Source: an uncultured virus (IMG/VR IMGVR_UViG_3300035501_000482)
Taxonomy: Duplodnaviria; Heunggongvirae; Uroviricota; Caudoviricetes
DNA: 64,000 bases
Virus record (IMG/VR): IMGVR_UViG_3300035501_000482
Reading direction: 5' to 3' (one strand)
The notes under the pieces are model-generated. The model did not search any database. It worked only from the letters and a program-made list of their open reading frames with translations, and was not told the DNA's origin. Below, piece by piece: positions 26,536 through 36,453 of the stretch. The position numbers and the translations under genes were made by a program. Each line of letters begins with the position of its first letter. Position 1 is the stretch's first letter.

Positions 26536-26611
26536 TACTAGTTAATAAGTGATACGATACCCTACCCAATTTTTTAAAAATTCGAGAATATAAATCTAAA
26601 TCAATAAGGAT

Positions 26612-28360
26612 ATGCCAAATTCACCATCTATTACTTTTAAGATAGAGAACAACAACATCCAGGATTCAACCCCACAACTGGGTGTTTCTTGTTTTTTGGC
26701 CAGAACAACTCGTGGTCCTTATAATGACCCCTCAACTATCCTGAGTAACTATACCCAGTTTAAAAAGTTGTTTGGCGAAGAGATTGTACCAGACGGTACT
26801 CCATCTAATATTGAGAAGGCTTTTATTGGGGGCTCTAAGTTAAGAATTATCAGAGTACCTGGAGCTGGATACTTTAAGGGTATTCTGCTTGATACTGCAA
26901 CCGACTCTAGTACTTCTACTCCAACTACACAGCAATCCCCAAAGAACATTTTATCTATATCAACAGTAAATGGCTCAGTAACCATAGGCTTTTATACTAA
27001 AACCTATGATGAATTAGTTGATGGAGCTAAAACCTTTGAGGTTGATTTTACTACATCAGGCCATACTATTTACTATTCAATTCATGGTACTAGTAAGACA
27101 GATATACTAGAGCAGGGTGCAGTATTAACCTACCAAAACTCTGATAGTGTTAACCGTACTTCTGTTGATTACCTGGCTTTATACAGATTCTTGGATAACT
27201 CAGATTACCTGGAGCCATCAATCATCTCAGTATCTGAGGGTATAACTAAATCAATATCTGGTATAACCAAGTGGTTAGCCGAAGAGGTTGATAATACTAC
27301 TAATCAGATTACAGTTCAAATAGCTGGACAATCATTCAGTAATACAGTATCTACTATAACTTGTATCTCTCAAACCGGTTCTTCTGGTACTCAGCCAACA
27401 GTAGATCAGTGGGTTGAGTCTTTGGAGTACCTAAGAGATCTCTCTGATATATACCAAGCAGCTTGTTCTCATATTAACCAACACCTAACTTATGATGCAA
27501 GTATTTTAAAGATACATAAAGCAGCTAAGGAGTTAGTAGATGAGCTAGATGAATTTGCTTACTATATAGAAGTACCAAAATATACCACCCATTATTCAGA
27601 AGGATCAACAATTAGGGATAAGAAAAGTATAGTAGAGTGGGCAAAGAGTTGCCAAGGTACTATAGGCCAATCAAAGAATGTAGCTTACTTTGCTGGTGGT
27701 ATAGAATATTATGATGATAATGGTATTCTGGTAGACAGTGATGTATTGGGTACTATATTTGGTCTAGGAGATTATTCAGCAGCTAACTATGGTCCGTGGT
27801 TAAGCTTTGCTGGTATGAATCGTGGGCTTATACTTGATGGCAACGGTCCTGCTTCTCCCAACTATGGAGCTCCATCAAGATATGATGACCTTAACGAACT
27901 AGCTAACCAGTATGTTAATATGATAGTTATCAAGGATACTTCTGCTAATGGTAAACAAACCATGCTATGGCATTGCTTCACTTCCCAGGTTAAACAGGAT
28001 AGTTTCAAGTTCCTTAGTATAGTTAGATTAATCTATTATCTTAAGAAGATGTTAAGACCAATTCTAGAGAGTAAAATAGAAGAGCCTAACTATATTCCAA
28101 CCTGGAAAGATATTTATCTCTTAGTTAAACCAGAATTGGACGATCTGGTAGAGCGGGAAGCTATGTCTGAATATAATTGGTATGGTGATCAGGATGCTAC
28201 TGGATATTCAGATATGTCAGTTAACAATGAGGCAGATGTTCGGCAGGGTAAGTACAAGGCAATCCTGAAGTTCAAGGAAATTGTACCAATGCAAGAGATC
28301 ACCATGTCTTTGGTAATAGATAAAACCTCTAATGCAGTTCAAGTAGACTTAAACGAGTAA
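26612..28360 (+). CDS. tail sheath protein
   Basis: N-terminal SP.I....T.RGP...P..L..Y..F...FG; C-terminal FLSIVRL and EEPN...W. Confidence 0.9.
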   Translation: MPNSPSITFKIENNNIQDSTPQLGVSCFLARTTRGPYNDPSTILSNYTQFKKLFGEEIVPDGTPSNIEKAFIGGSKLRIIRVPGAGYFKGILLDTATDSSTSTPTTQQSPKNILSISTVNGSVTIGFYTKTYDELVDGAKTFEVDFTTSGHTIYYSIHGTSKTDILEQGAVLTYQNSDSVNRTSVDYLALYRFLDNSDYLEPSIISVSEGITKSISGITKWLAEEVDNTTNQITVQIAGQSFSNTVSTITCISQTGSSGTQPTVDQWVESLEYLRDLSDIYQAACSHINQHLTYDASILKIHKAAKELVDELDEFAYYIEVPKYTTHYSEGSTIRDKKSIVEWAKSCQGTIGQSKNVAYFAGGIEYYDDNGILVDSDVLGTIFGLGDYSAANYGPWLSFAGMNRGLILDGNGPASPNYGAPSRYDDLNELANQYVNMIVIKDTSANGKQTMLWHCFTSQVKQDSFKFLSIVRLIYYLKKMLRPILESKIEEPNYIPTWKDIYLLVKPELDDLVEREAMSEYNWYGDQDATGYSDMSVNNEADVRQGKYKAILKFKEIVPMQEITMSLVIDKTSNAVQVDLNE

Positions 28361-28364
28361 AATT

Positions 28365-28826
28365 ATGGCAAAGATATCAAACCCAAGAAAAGCTTTCAAC
28401 TTTTCAATAACATTCCCTAAGCACCCAATCAACTCTTATCTAGCCCAAAAGGTAAACTTACCAGATATAGAAGTTGAACAGGTAAGCCACGGTGATACCA
28501 ACCATGACATTAAAACTGCCGGCAGAATCTCAGTGGGTAACCTTACTATAGAAAAGCTTATTACTACTTCTGGTTCTGATACTTGGCTTCATGATTGGTT
28601 AATGTCTGCCCAGGATATAGCTCTTGGAGGTGGTAATGTACCTTCTACTTATAAGGAAACTTGCCTTATCTCAGAGCTGGCCGAGGATGGAGAATCAGTT
28701 CTTAACGTTTACACTTGTACTGGTGTATGGCCTTGCAAGATAACGGGTAATGAGCTCGATCGAAATTCCTCAGATAATATAATTGAGAAGGCTGAGTTCT
28801 CAGTAGATACTATAGATAAGTATTAG
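28365..28826 (+). CDS. tail tube protein
   Basis: K.AGR..VGNLT.EK, YK....I, G.WP.KI.G..LD motifs (T4 gp19-like). Confidence 0.88.
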   Translation: MAKISNPRKAFNFSITFPKHPINSYLAQKVNLPDIEVEQVSHGDTNHDIKTAGRISVGNLTIEKLITTSGSDTWLHDWLMSAQDIALGGGNVPSTYKETCLISELAEDGESVLNVYTCTGVWPCKITGNELDRNSSDNIIEKAEFSVDTIDKY

Positions 28827-28877
28827 TGAGTAGCTCTTTTTCATACTTTTAAGTTTTAGTTATTTATGTCATTTTGT

Positions 28878-28910
28878 GGGGGGGGTTCCAATTGGAGTCC
28901 CCCTTTTAGT
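28878..28910 (+). terminator. intrinsic terminator
   Basis: GGGGGGTTCCA / TGGAGTCCCCC stem plus TTTT. Confidence 0.7.
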
Positions 28911-28933
28911 TTAACCCCAAAAAAATAAAGATT

Positions 28934-29710
28934 ATGGAACTAAGTGAGTTAAGAACATTGCAATTCGTAGCCCCTTCTGGGCACACATTCACAATTAGAG
29001 AACAAAATGGAGAAGATGAGGAGATCCTATCTAATCCAATAGAGATGAGAACTTTGTTGCACCTGTCTAGGTTTATTTCAGCTATCGTAGTAGATACTGA
29101 TGCCACTACTAATCATAAACTCTCAATGAAGGATGCTTTAAATCTCCCGCTGTTGGATAGATACTGTATCCTATTCAAGTCCCGAATATTCTCCCTTGGA
29201 GAGATAATAGAGTTTAACTATGAGTGGACTAAACCAAACGGCACAAAGAATTCTGTGCTATATGAAGAAGACCTTAATAATTTCCTATTTGAAAATTATG
29301 GTGAGGTCCCTAGTGATGATGAGATGGATTCTAAACCTGATGCGATTCCTTTATATCCTGACCCTGCAATAGTGGAGGGTAAGGAATTTACCCTAGATTC
29401 TGGCAAGAAGATACGTTTCAAAGCAGCAACCAGTAATAGTGAGCAGTATATATTTAACTTGCCAGAAAATAAGCGCACTAGAAACTCCGAATTGGTTGCC
29501 CGTGACCTTATGCTTGAAGTAGAGGGTAAGTTTGAAAAGGTAACCAACTTCAGAATATTTTCAGTAAGAGACATGAATGAGATACATAAATTAGTGAAGA
29601 TCTGGGATCCGGCCTTCTTGGGATTAACCGAGATCACTAACCCAGACACTAATGAAACTGAAATGTATCCCATCATTGGTGCTCCGAGTTTTTTTTTCCT
29701 GATGGAATAG
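28934..29710 (+). CDS. tail assembly chaperone (G)
   Basis: Between tube and tape measure genes; ends at a T9 slippery site. Confidence 0.75.
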   Translation: MELSELRTLQFVAPSGHTFTIREQNGEDEEILSNPIEMRTLLHLSRFISAIVVDTDATTNHKLSMKDALNLPLLDRYCILFKSRIFSLGEIIEFNYEWTKPNGTKNSVLYEEDLNNFLFENYGEVPSDDEMDSKPDAIPLYPDPAIVEGKEFTLDSGKKIRFKAATSNSEQYIFNLPENKRTRNSELVARDLMLEVEGKFEKVTNFRIFSVRDMNEIHKLVKIWDPAFLGLTEITNPDTNETEMYPIIGAPSFFFLME

Positions 29711-29859
29711 ATAACGTAACTAAATTCATTACTGTGTCTAGAGCCGAGATAGGGATTGAGTTTAAAACCTATCTCGAGCTCCCTTTTAGATTAAGGCAAC
29801 AGTTCTATAAAGAGGCTATAAGTTATTTCGATAACCTAAAAAGAAAGATGAACAAGTAA
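29689..29859 (+). other. -1 programmed frameshift site and GT extension frame
   Basis: T9 at 29689-29697; the -1 frame is open for 53 aa (PDGID...YLELPFRLRQQFY...MNK) and stops just before the tape measure ATG at 29861. Confidence 0.8.
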
Positions 29860-29860
29860 T

Positions 29861-31822
29861 ATGGCTGGACTATCAAAAAGTTTAGTTGAGGTAGGTATAT
29901 CAATGGTCCTGAAAGATGGCTTCTCTGATCAGGCAGGCAAGATCTCTGGATCCTACTTGAACATGATGAATGAGATGCAGAAGTGGAACCGAGCGGTAAT
30001 GGATACCCATGGAAAGAACTTCGACCTTGGTATGCAAACCCTGGATAGATTAAGCGAATCCTATAAGCACTATGCTGATATTAGTGGAGAAATGTTTTTA
30101 GTTGGTAAGATAGCTAAAGCTACTGCAGAACAACAAAATGAATTGCTGGACATTACTCAACAGGTCAATAAACAAACCCCTCTTACTAATGCAGATATCG
30201 TATCTGGAGAAAGATACTTGGCAATGGCCGGTAACAGTGCAGAGGCAATCCAAAAGATGATAGGCCCTGCATCTGAGCTAGCAACTATCTTCCAAACTAC
30301 CGTAGGTAATAAAGGAGGTACTGCTGACTTGTTAACCAATATCATGGCTACTTTCAATATAGCTTCTAAGGATGCAGCTAAGACAGCTGATATATTGTAT
30401 ACAGCAACTACCAGTGCTAATATAAGCTTAACTGACTTGGCCCAGTCATTACAATATTCTGGATCTACATTTAGAAATGCTGGTATAGACCTATCCACTG
30501 CAGCTGCTGCTATTGGTGTACTTGGAGATCAGGGTATTCAAGCTAGCTCTGCTGGTACTGCATTAGCAAATATGATACGATACTTAACTCTTTCTATCAC
30601 AGGTCAAAAAGCCAAGGGTGCTACAGTGTTAAAGGCTTTAGGAATTACTAAAGATGACTTGGTAGATGCCAATGGTAACCTAAAAGATATGGGTACCCTT
30701 ATGAGTGTCCTTGCTGATAGGATGGGTAGGTTATCGGGTACTGCTAGAGAAGCTGCCATGTACAATATCTTTGGAGTTCGAGGACAACGAGCTGCATCTG
30801 GTTTGTTTCAAGCTTTATGGAATGGTTCTGGCAAGATGCAGAGCATCATAGATGCTGCAAATAATTCTGAGGGTAGTTTGCATGAGTCACTTCTAGAGTA
30901 TATGAATACGGATATTGGAGCTATCAACCAGTTAACTGCTGCTATAGATAACTTGCAAATGTCTATTGGTAAAGCCCAAGGAGGTGTATTTAAACCACTT
31001 ATCCAAGGTGCTACTAAACTTGTAGACCTAATAAATGAGGCAGTTAAAGGTGGTGGCTTTGGCAAGTTCATGGTTAGATTCGTTACTATTGGTACTATAG
31101 TATTCACTCTTGTGAGTGGAGTTAAAACTCTCAGTGGTATATTCCGGATAGTTGCTTTTCAAGTAGGTCAGATCAATGCTGGAGAGAACTCTGCAGTAAC
31201 CGGTATGGGTAGAATGACCGCCCAAGCTGCTTCTTTGGAAATGCACCTTAGAACCATAGTAGCATTGATGGCTAAATACGTTGGTATGTCCATGACAGCT
31301 GGAGCTACTTTTACTTTACCAGATGGTAGTAAACTTACTAGAAACAAAGCTGGTATGATTGGTATAGTTATGCCAAGTGGAAAAACTGTTTCATCAGCTG
31401 AATATGCTAATACTTATGCAGCTGCCTCTGCTGCAGGGGCTGCTAGTAAAACCGCTAAGGCTGCTAGTACTATTAGTAAAGCCGCTAAGGTTGGTAGTTT
31501 CTTTAAAGGAGCTGGTGGCTTAGCTCTTGGCATGATGGGAGGCTGGTGGGGAGTTGGTATTACTGCTGCCATGGTTGGTATTACTTATGCTATGGATAAA
31601 TTAAGCGATTCTACAGATAAGAATACTAAGGCAGTAGATAATAATACCCAGCAGATGAGTAGTCAGGAAATTATGGCTAACTTCCTGGAGAAGTATGCTG
31701 AATCTTTAGCATCAGCCATCCAAAATTCTAATCCAAATGTTGTAGTAACTGTAGAGAGTCCAAGTGGTATAACCAATACAAGTGGTCTGCCCTCATATGA
31801 TGAGGACCTAGATATAAACTGA
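29861..31822 (+). CDS. tape measure protein (TP901-type core)
   Basis: Ala/Gly-rich; LA.AG, L...GI..S.AGTAL and IFG motifs. Confidence 0.92.
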   Translation: MAGLSKSLVEVGISMVLKDGFSDQAGKISGSYLNMMNEMQKWNRAVMDTHGKNFDLGMQTLDRLSESYKHYADISGEMFLVGKIAKATAEQQNELLDITQQVNKQTPLTNADIVSGERYLAMAGNSAEAIQKMIGPASELATIFQTTVGNKGGTADLLTNIMATFNIASKDAAKTADILYTATTSANISLTDLAQSLQYSGSTFRNAGIDLSTAAAAIGVLGDQGIQASSAGTALANMIRYLTLSITGQKAKGATVLKALGITKDDLVDANGNLKDMGTLMSVLADRMGRLSGTAREAAMYNIFGVRGQRAASGLFQALWNGSGKMQSIIDAANNSEGSLHESLLEYMNTDIGAINQLTAAIDNLQMSIGKAQGGVFKPLIQGATKLVDLINEAVKGGGFGKFMVRFVTIGTIVFTLVSGVKTLSGIFRIVAFQVGQINAGENSAVTGMGRMTAQAASLEMHLRTIVALMAKYVGMSMTAGATFTLPDGSKLTRNKAGMIGIVMPSGKTVSSAEYANTYAAASAAGAASKTAKAASTISKAAKVGSFFKGAGGLALGMMGGWWGVGITAAMVGITYAMDKLSDSTDKNTKAVDNNTQQMSSQEIMANFLEKYAESLASAIQNSNPNVVVTVESPSGITNTSGLPSYDEDLDIN

Positions 31823-31828
31823 TAAACT

Positions 31829-32719
31829 ATGGCAAACATACTAAATACTGGTATAAGTAAAGCAACTAGAGGTATAACCAAGGCTTCTAGTGCCGTTAAT
31901 AAAGGTATAAGCTCAGTTACTAATCCCGTTAATAAAGTTATAGGTGGAGTAGCTGGAATAGCTAACTCTGCTTTAACTGGAGTGGGTACTGCATTAACTG
32001 GAGTATCAACTGGACCAGTAAATAAGCTGTGGAGATATAAGATAGTCCTACATCGTAAAACTAACAGGGGAACTGATGCTAATACTACTTATGATCCTGC
32101 TAATGGCAACTATGCTAAGATAAAAGAATCTTCAAGGCTTAATCAAATTAGCTATTTGGAGAAGAATCAGATCATAATATATAATCTGATGGAGTCACCC
32201 TATCAATATATTGTACTTCAGAATAGGCCAGATAAGATTGAGTTTAAAGGAGAAACCACTTGGGCTTCTATAAAATCAATGGGTCGTAATACTCCGATGT
32301 ATCATTATACTGGATCAGAGGACACTGTACAATTCAACATATCTTGGTACTGTGACGATCCTGATAATCCAGAAGAGGTACTAACCAAATGTAGGCTATT
32401 GGAGTCTTGGACCAAATCAGATGGCTATTCTAAGGCACCACCAATCCTGTTTATAGAGTGGGGTAATAGTGGTATGTTTGGTAGTAAAGATTCAGATACC
32501 ACACAAAAGTATATACTTATCTCAGCAACTTATACTCTAATGAATTTCAATTATGGATATGCCAAATCAACTGGCTCCCTACCAAGTTCAGGTAAAGCAT
32601 TGCCAAGAGTAGCTACCCAAGAGTTAATTTTTAACCGTGTAAGTGAAACCAATTTGCTTACTAGTGATATTATAAGTAATGATGCAATTAATAAAACTAG
32701 AGGCATAAATAAATCCTAA
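31829..32719 (+). CDS. tail tube initiator/baseplate protein
   Basis: GR..P.Y.YTG and APP.L...WG motifs; follows tape measure. Confidence 0.65.
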   Translation: MANILNTGISKATRGITKASSAVNKGISSVTNPVNKVIGGVAGIANSALTGVGTALTGVSTGPVNKLWRYKIVLHRKTNRGTDANTTYDPANGNYAKIKESSRLNQISYLEKNQIIIYNLMESPYQYIVLQNRPDKIEFKGETTWASIKSMGRNTPMYHYTGSEDTVQFNISWYCDDPDNPEEVLTKCRLLESWTKSDGYSKAPPILFIEWGNSGMFGSKDSDTTQKYILISATYTLMNFNYGYAKSTGSLPSSGKALPRVATQELIFNRVSETNLLTSDIISNDAINKTRGINKS

Positions 32720-32725
32720 ATTGAT

Positions 32726-33022
32726 ATGGTAAATGAGCATAATTATCTAATAGGAAAGGACCCATACGAAAATGCTTATGGTATACAATATGATGATGGT
32801 GATTATTCCATGGAAAAGAATATCCCCTTAGTACTTACTAGTGATCTGGATAAAGTTCATACTGTAATGGATGGAGAAACTTTACATAGTATTGCTTATA
32901 GGTATTACGGAGATAGTGGATATTGGTACCAGATAGCAGAAGCTAATAAAATAATTAACCCTTTCGAAGAAGTTAAGAAGGGTATGCAATTAAAAATCCC
33001 ATTCTATGGCTTATCAGAGTAA
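32726..33022 (+). CDS. LysM/tail-X baseplate protein
   Basis: HTV.DGETL.SIAY.YYGD...W..IA.AN...P. Confidence 0.88.
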   Translation: MVNEHNYLIGKDPYENAYGIQYDDGDYSMEKNIPLVLTSDLDKVHTVMDGETLHSIAYRYYGDSGYWYQIAEANKIINPFEEVKKGMQLKIPFYGLSE

Positions 33023-33518
33023 TCAAACAATGACCCTACATGGTACAGCTCAGCCGTACCTTGCCCTATTTGATTCAGGAGGTATACCAGTTATAAACCC
33101 AATTACTGGTATACCTCTTGGAGAGTATATAGAGTCCTTTTCATTCAAGTATGATGAGGAGAAAGCTAATCAAGCTAGTATAACATTCTCAACTGGAAAC
33201 CCAGATATAGTAGATATAGAGGCCTTAAAAGAAGGTAAAACCGTATTATTACAATGGGGATACATATATGCAAATGGTAATCATATATCAGGCCCAGTAA
33301 GACCTATTAAGGTAAAGGATTTCAATGCCATATTCGATAGTAAAGGAACTAAGTGTACAATAATATTTGTGGACTCGGTAATTGAGATGAGATCCCTACC
33401 ACCCCATAAACCATCTGCAGAGGATGATGATAAAGATGGAATATCTTCAATGGTTAATTTTCTTGACAGAGGGTGTGATCATGATCTTGGTATAATAATA
33501 GAAAAATTCTCTAGGTAA
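33006..33518 (+). CDS. baseplate hub, N-terminal part (gpD-like)
   Basis: L..G..V.LQWGY motif; position after LysM gene. Confidence 0.6.
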   Translation: MAYQSNQTMTLHGTAQPYLALFDSGGIPVINPITGIPLGEYIESFSFKYDEEKANQASITFSTGNPDIVDIEALKEGKTVLLQWGYIYANGNHISGPVRPIKVKDFNAIFDSKGTKCTIIFVDSVIEMRSLPPHKPSAEDDDKDGISSMVNFLDRGCDHDLGIIIEKFSR

Positions 33519-35326
33519 TGGCAACAAAGAAACTTATATCAAATCAAGTATACACTTCCATACAGCAACCAAGTACTAGTATAATAGAAAGTACTGGTAC
33601 TATTATATATGCCAACAGCTATTCAGGAAGGGAGGTTGTGGCTATGCCAGAAGAATATGCTACTGCCCTTAATAGGGATTATGGAGAAATTGGTACAAAT
33701 GTACTGGCTCAATTAAAGAAAAAAGTTCAGCAGTTTCCTGATGGGCCTTGGTATATAGATAGTTTGGATGGGATTTTATATATACATAATTGCAAGTTTA
33801 ATGAACCCTCCCGGGCCACTTTCGAATATCAAGCTGGTAATGGCGAGGTACTTAGTGTAAGCTTTGAAACTCAGTATGTAAAGAAGAGTCCAAAAGCTAG
33901 GGCTTCAAGTGGTATAGATATGCAAAAGGGGCTGACTAACCAGATGATGACTCTAACTCCAAGCCCCCTTATACAGAAGAACATAGCTCAGGATTATATA
34001 CCTGAAGGAGCAGTTGGTACAGTTATATATGGTGAAAGAGCTGCTGCTGATTATGCAGCTGGTAGACTTGATTATAGCCAGATCAAAGTATTGGATCAAA
34101 GAGCCAAGAATATGGGTAGGAAAGGGGCTTATAGTGAGAAAGACTGGAAGTCAATACAAGCCACTAGAAAGAAAGAAATAGAAACTAAGCGATATAATAA
34201 ACAAACAGAAACAGACAGGAGGTACCAAATTTATATGGCTAGTGGTAATGATGAAGCTTCTCGTGAAACTGCTGCTATAAATAAAGCAGTAGATGAGACC
34301 CTGGCTACTCAAAACTTACAATATGATGTGTACAAGTTCTTTTCTATAATGTATGGTAATCCAAGTTGGGCTCAACAGGAGATAAACCAGCTGGATCAAA
34401 TGGCTAGGAATGGTACACTTGAATCTTACATAAGAAGCAACTATTCAAACGATATATATAAATTTCAAAGAGCAGATGATCAGGCTGCTAAAGTTACTGC
34501 TTATCATGTATATAATTATACTGGAAGTGGTGGTGGAATATCCCTAGAATCAGTTGATAAAAACCCTTATGCTAAAGCTATTGATAGAGGCCTATCTTAT
34601 GATAGTAAAGGTAAGCCATATATTAAAACTTTTGGTAGAGCTCAAGTGGATACTAGTATTAGTGGATATAGGTTGTTACATGCTTATTACTCTAGAAAGT
34701 ATAACCTTGATAAAGGGTTAAGTGATAGGGTATTAGCTGCTGTTAATTCCACTAAGCTAATAACAGAGAAGAAGCTTATAGCTAAGTTACAGGTTATCGG
34801 TAGACCATCTTTAGCTTCATCACAAATAATTACCATATTAAACGTTGGTAAACGATGGTCGGGTACTTGGAGAATCAAACAATGTATTCATCAGATAGAA
34901 TCTGGATCTGGATATACTACTCAATTAGCTTTAGTTAAGCATGCTGGAATAGAAGGACATAATACGGGTACTAAGAAAGCTGGTCATACTGTATCAAAAA
35001 GTTCTGATGGTACTGGTACTTCAAAGGAAAATGAGAGTATGACTCTTTCAAAGAAGGAGATCATATATGCTGCTACCCATACCCAAGCTGAGGTTGAGGA
35101 TATGTTAATCAAGAAGATGAGTAATAAGGGAGAATCAGTAGCTATAACTTCTAAGCAAACTAATGAAGGAACGGATATTGGTACAAGTAATGATACACAG
35201 CTTATTAATAAACCAACTGATGAAGAACGTAAAAAATATGGTAGAAAAGCTGCTACAATTGCCGAGGAAGCTAGGAAGTCATCCCAAAACCTACTTAAGA
35301 GTTTAAATAAAATAAAGAGTAAATAA
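33518..35326 (+). CDS. baseplate hub, C-terminal part with insertions
   Basis: G.P.L.....I.I.NVG.RWSG.W.I....H.I....GY.T.L motif. Confidence 0.65.
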   Translation: MATKKLISNQVYTSIQQPSTSIIESTGTIIYANSYSGREVVAMPEEYATALNRDYGEIGTNVLAQLKKKVQQFPDGPWYIDSLDGILYIHNCKFNEPSRATFEYQAGNGEVLSVSFETQYVKKSPKARASSGIDMQKGLTNQMMTLTPSPLIQKNIAQDYIPEGAVGTVIYGERAAADYAAGRLDYSQIKVLDQRAKNMGRKGAYSEKDWKSIQATRKKEIETKRYNKQTETDRRYQIYMASGNDEASRETAAINKAVDETLATQNLQYDVYKFFSIMYGNPSWAQQEINQLDQMARNGTLESYIRSNYSNDIYKFQRADDQAAKVTAYHVYNYTGSGGGISLESVDKNPYAKAIDRGLSYDSKGKPYIKTFGRAQVDTSISGYRLLHAYYSRKYNLDKGLSDRVLAAVNSTKLITEKKLIAKLQVIGRPSLASSQIITILNVGKRWSGTWRIKQCIHQIESGSGYTTQLALVKHAGIEGHNTGTKKAGHTVSKSSDGTGTSKENESMTLSKKEIIYAATHTQAEVEDMLIKKMSNKGESVAITSKQTNEGTDIGTSNDTQLINKPTDEERKKYGRKAATIAEEARKSSQNLLKSLNKIKSK

Positions 35327-35328
35327 CC

Positions 35329-36024
35329 ATGAGTAAGAATAGGTTATATGATATAATTGATGAGAACGGTATGGAGGGTATCGGTAGATACTACTCTGTA
35401 TATCGAGGTATGGTTACTCAAAATGATGACCCTTTGGGTATGCACCGTGTAAAGGTATTTATACCTTCTGCTAATGAAGTTATAATGTGGGCCTTACCAA
35501 AAGGACAGCAAGGATCCTTAAACTCTGGCTTCAAGTGGTTAACCCCAAAGATAGGAGATATAGTATGGATAACTTTTGAAGATGGTGATCCATCTAAACC
35601 AATCTGGGAATACTATGGCTGGGCTTCAAATGAAACCCCAATAGCTTTAGATGGTACAAATGTTATAGGTTTTGTAACTCCAAACGGTAACCAGGTAACT
35701 ATTGATGATAGTGATGGCCATGTAGATGTTAACATTAATGGAGACATAGCCATATATGCTGCTGACTCAATTAATATAATATCTGGTAAGGAGGTAATAG
35801 TAAATGGTGGAGCTAATGGAGGTGTAATAAACATTGAAGAGTTAACAGAAAAGCTTAATAAGTTGGTATCAGAAGTTGAGGAATTAAAATCCAAATTTAA
35901 TTCTCATACTCACCCAGGAGTTAAGACAGGACCAGGAGTTACTGGGGTTACTACACAATCCCACAACAAGACCTTTACCAAGTTTAATAAATCGGATTAC
36001 GAAGATACTAATTTTCAACACTAA
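35329..36024 (+). CDS. baseplate spike (gpV/gp5-like)
   Basis: YRG.V..N.DP....RVKV, P.IGD.VW..FE.GD...P and H.H iron-binding tip motif (SHTHP). Confidence 0.88.
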   Translation: MSKNRLYDIIDENGMEGIGRYYSVYRGMVTQNDDPLGMHRVKVFIPSANEVIMWALPKGQQGSLNSGFKWLTPKIGDIVWITFEDGDPSKPIWEYYGWASNETPIALDGTNVIGFVTPNGNQVTIDDSDGHVDVNINGDIAIYAADSINIISGKEVIVNGGANGGVINIEELTEKLNKLVSEVEELKSKFNSHTHPGVKTGPGVTGVTTQSHNKTFTKFNKSDYEDTNFQH

Positions 36025-36446
36025 TGGGATCAAACGCATACAAAGATATTATTGGCTCTGGAGTATTATTCCCAATAGAGTTAACCAAAAATGATGTAGG
36101 TAATACTGGATGGTATCCAGTAGTTGGAGATACTAGGTTAATAGAAAATAACCTGGAAGCTTTATTCTTACACCAGATTGGGGCTAAAATGAGGGACGAG
36201 GATTTTGGTACTAGAATATGGGAATGCCTGGAAGAGCCAAACTCACAAGCTCAGGCTTTTGTAATAAATCAATTTATGAAGGAGGCCTTTGAAACTTGGG
36301 AAGATAGGATTGCTTACAAAAAAACTGAACTTCTTAGAGAAGGCAGTAAATTATACATTACCTTTTACTACCAAATTATAAATATAAACTCTACGTCGTC
36401 TTCTACGGCTGTATATGATTCTAATAATAGTACCCTAAATATATAA
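36024..36446 (+). CDS. baseplate wedge protein (gp25/W-like)
   Basis: G..FP, DFGT, L.EPN and WE.RI motifs. Confidence 0.88.
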   Translation: MGSNAYKDIIGSGVLFPIELTKNDVGNTGWYPVVGDTRLIENNLEALFLHQIGAKMRDEDFGTRIWECLEEPNSQAQAFVINQFMKEAFETWEDRIAYKKTELLREGSKLYITFYYQIININSTSSSTAVYDSNNSTLNI

Positions 36447-36453
36447 AAACTAT

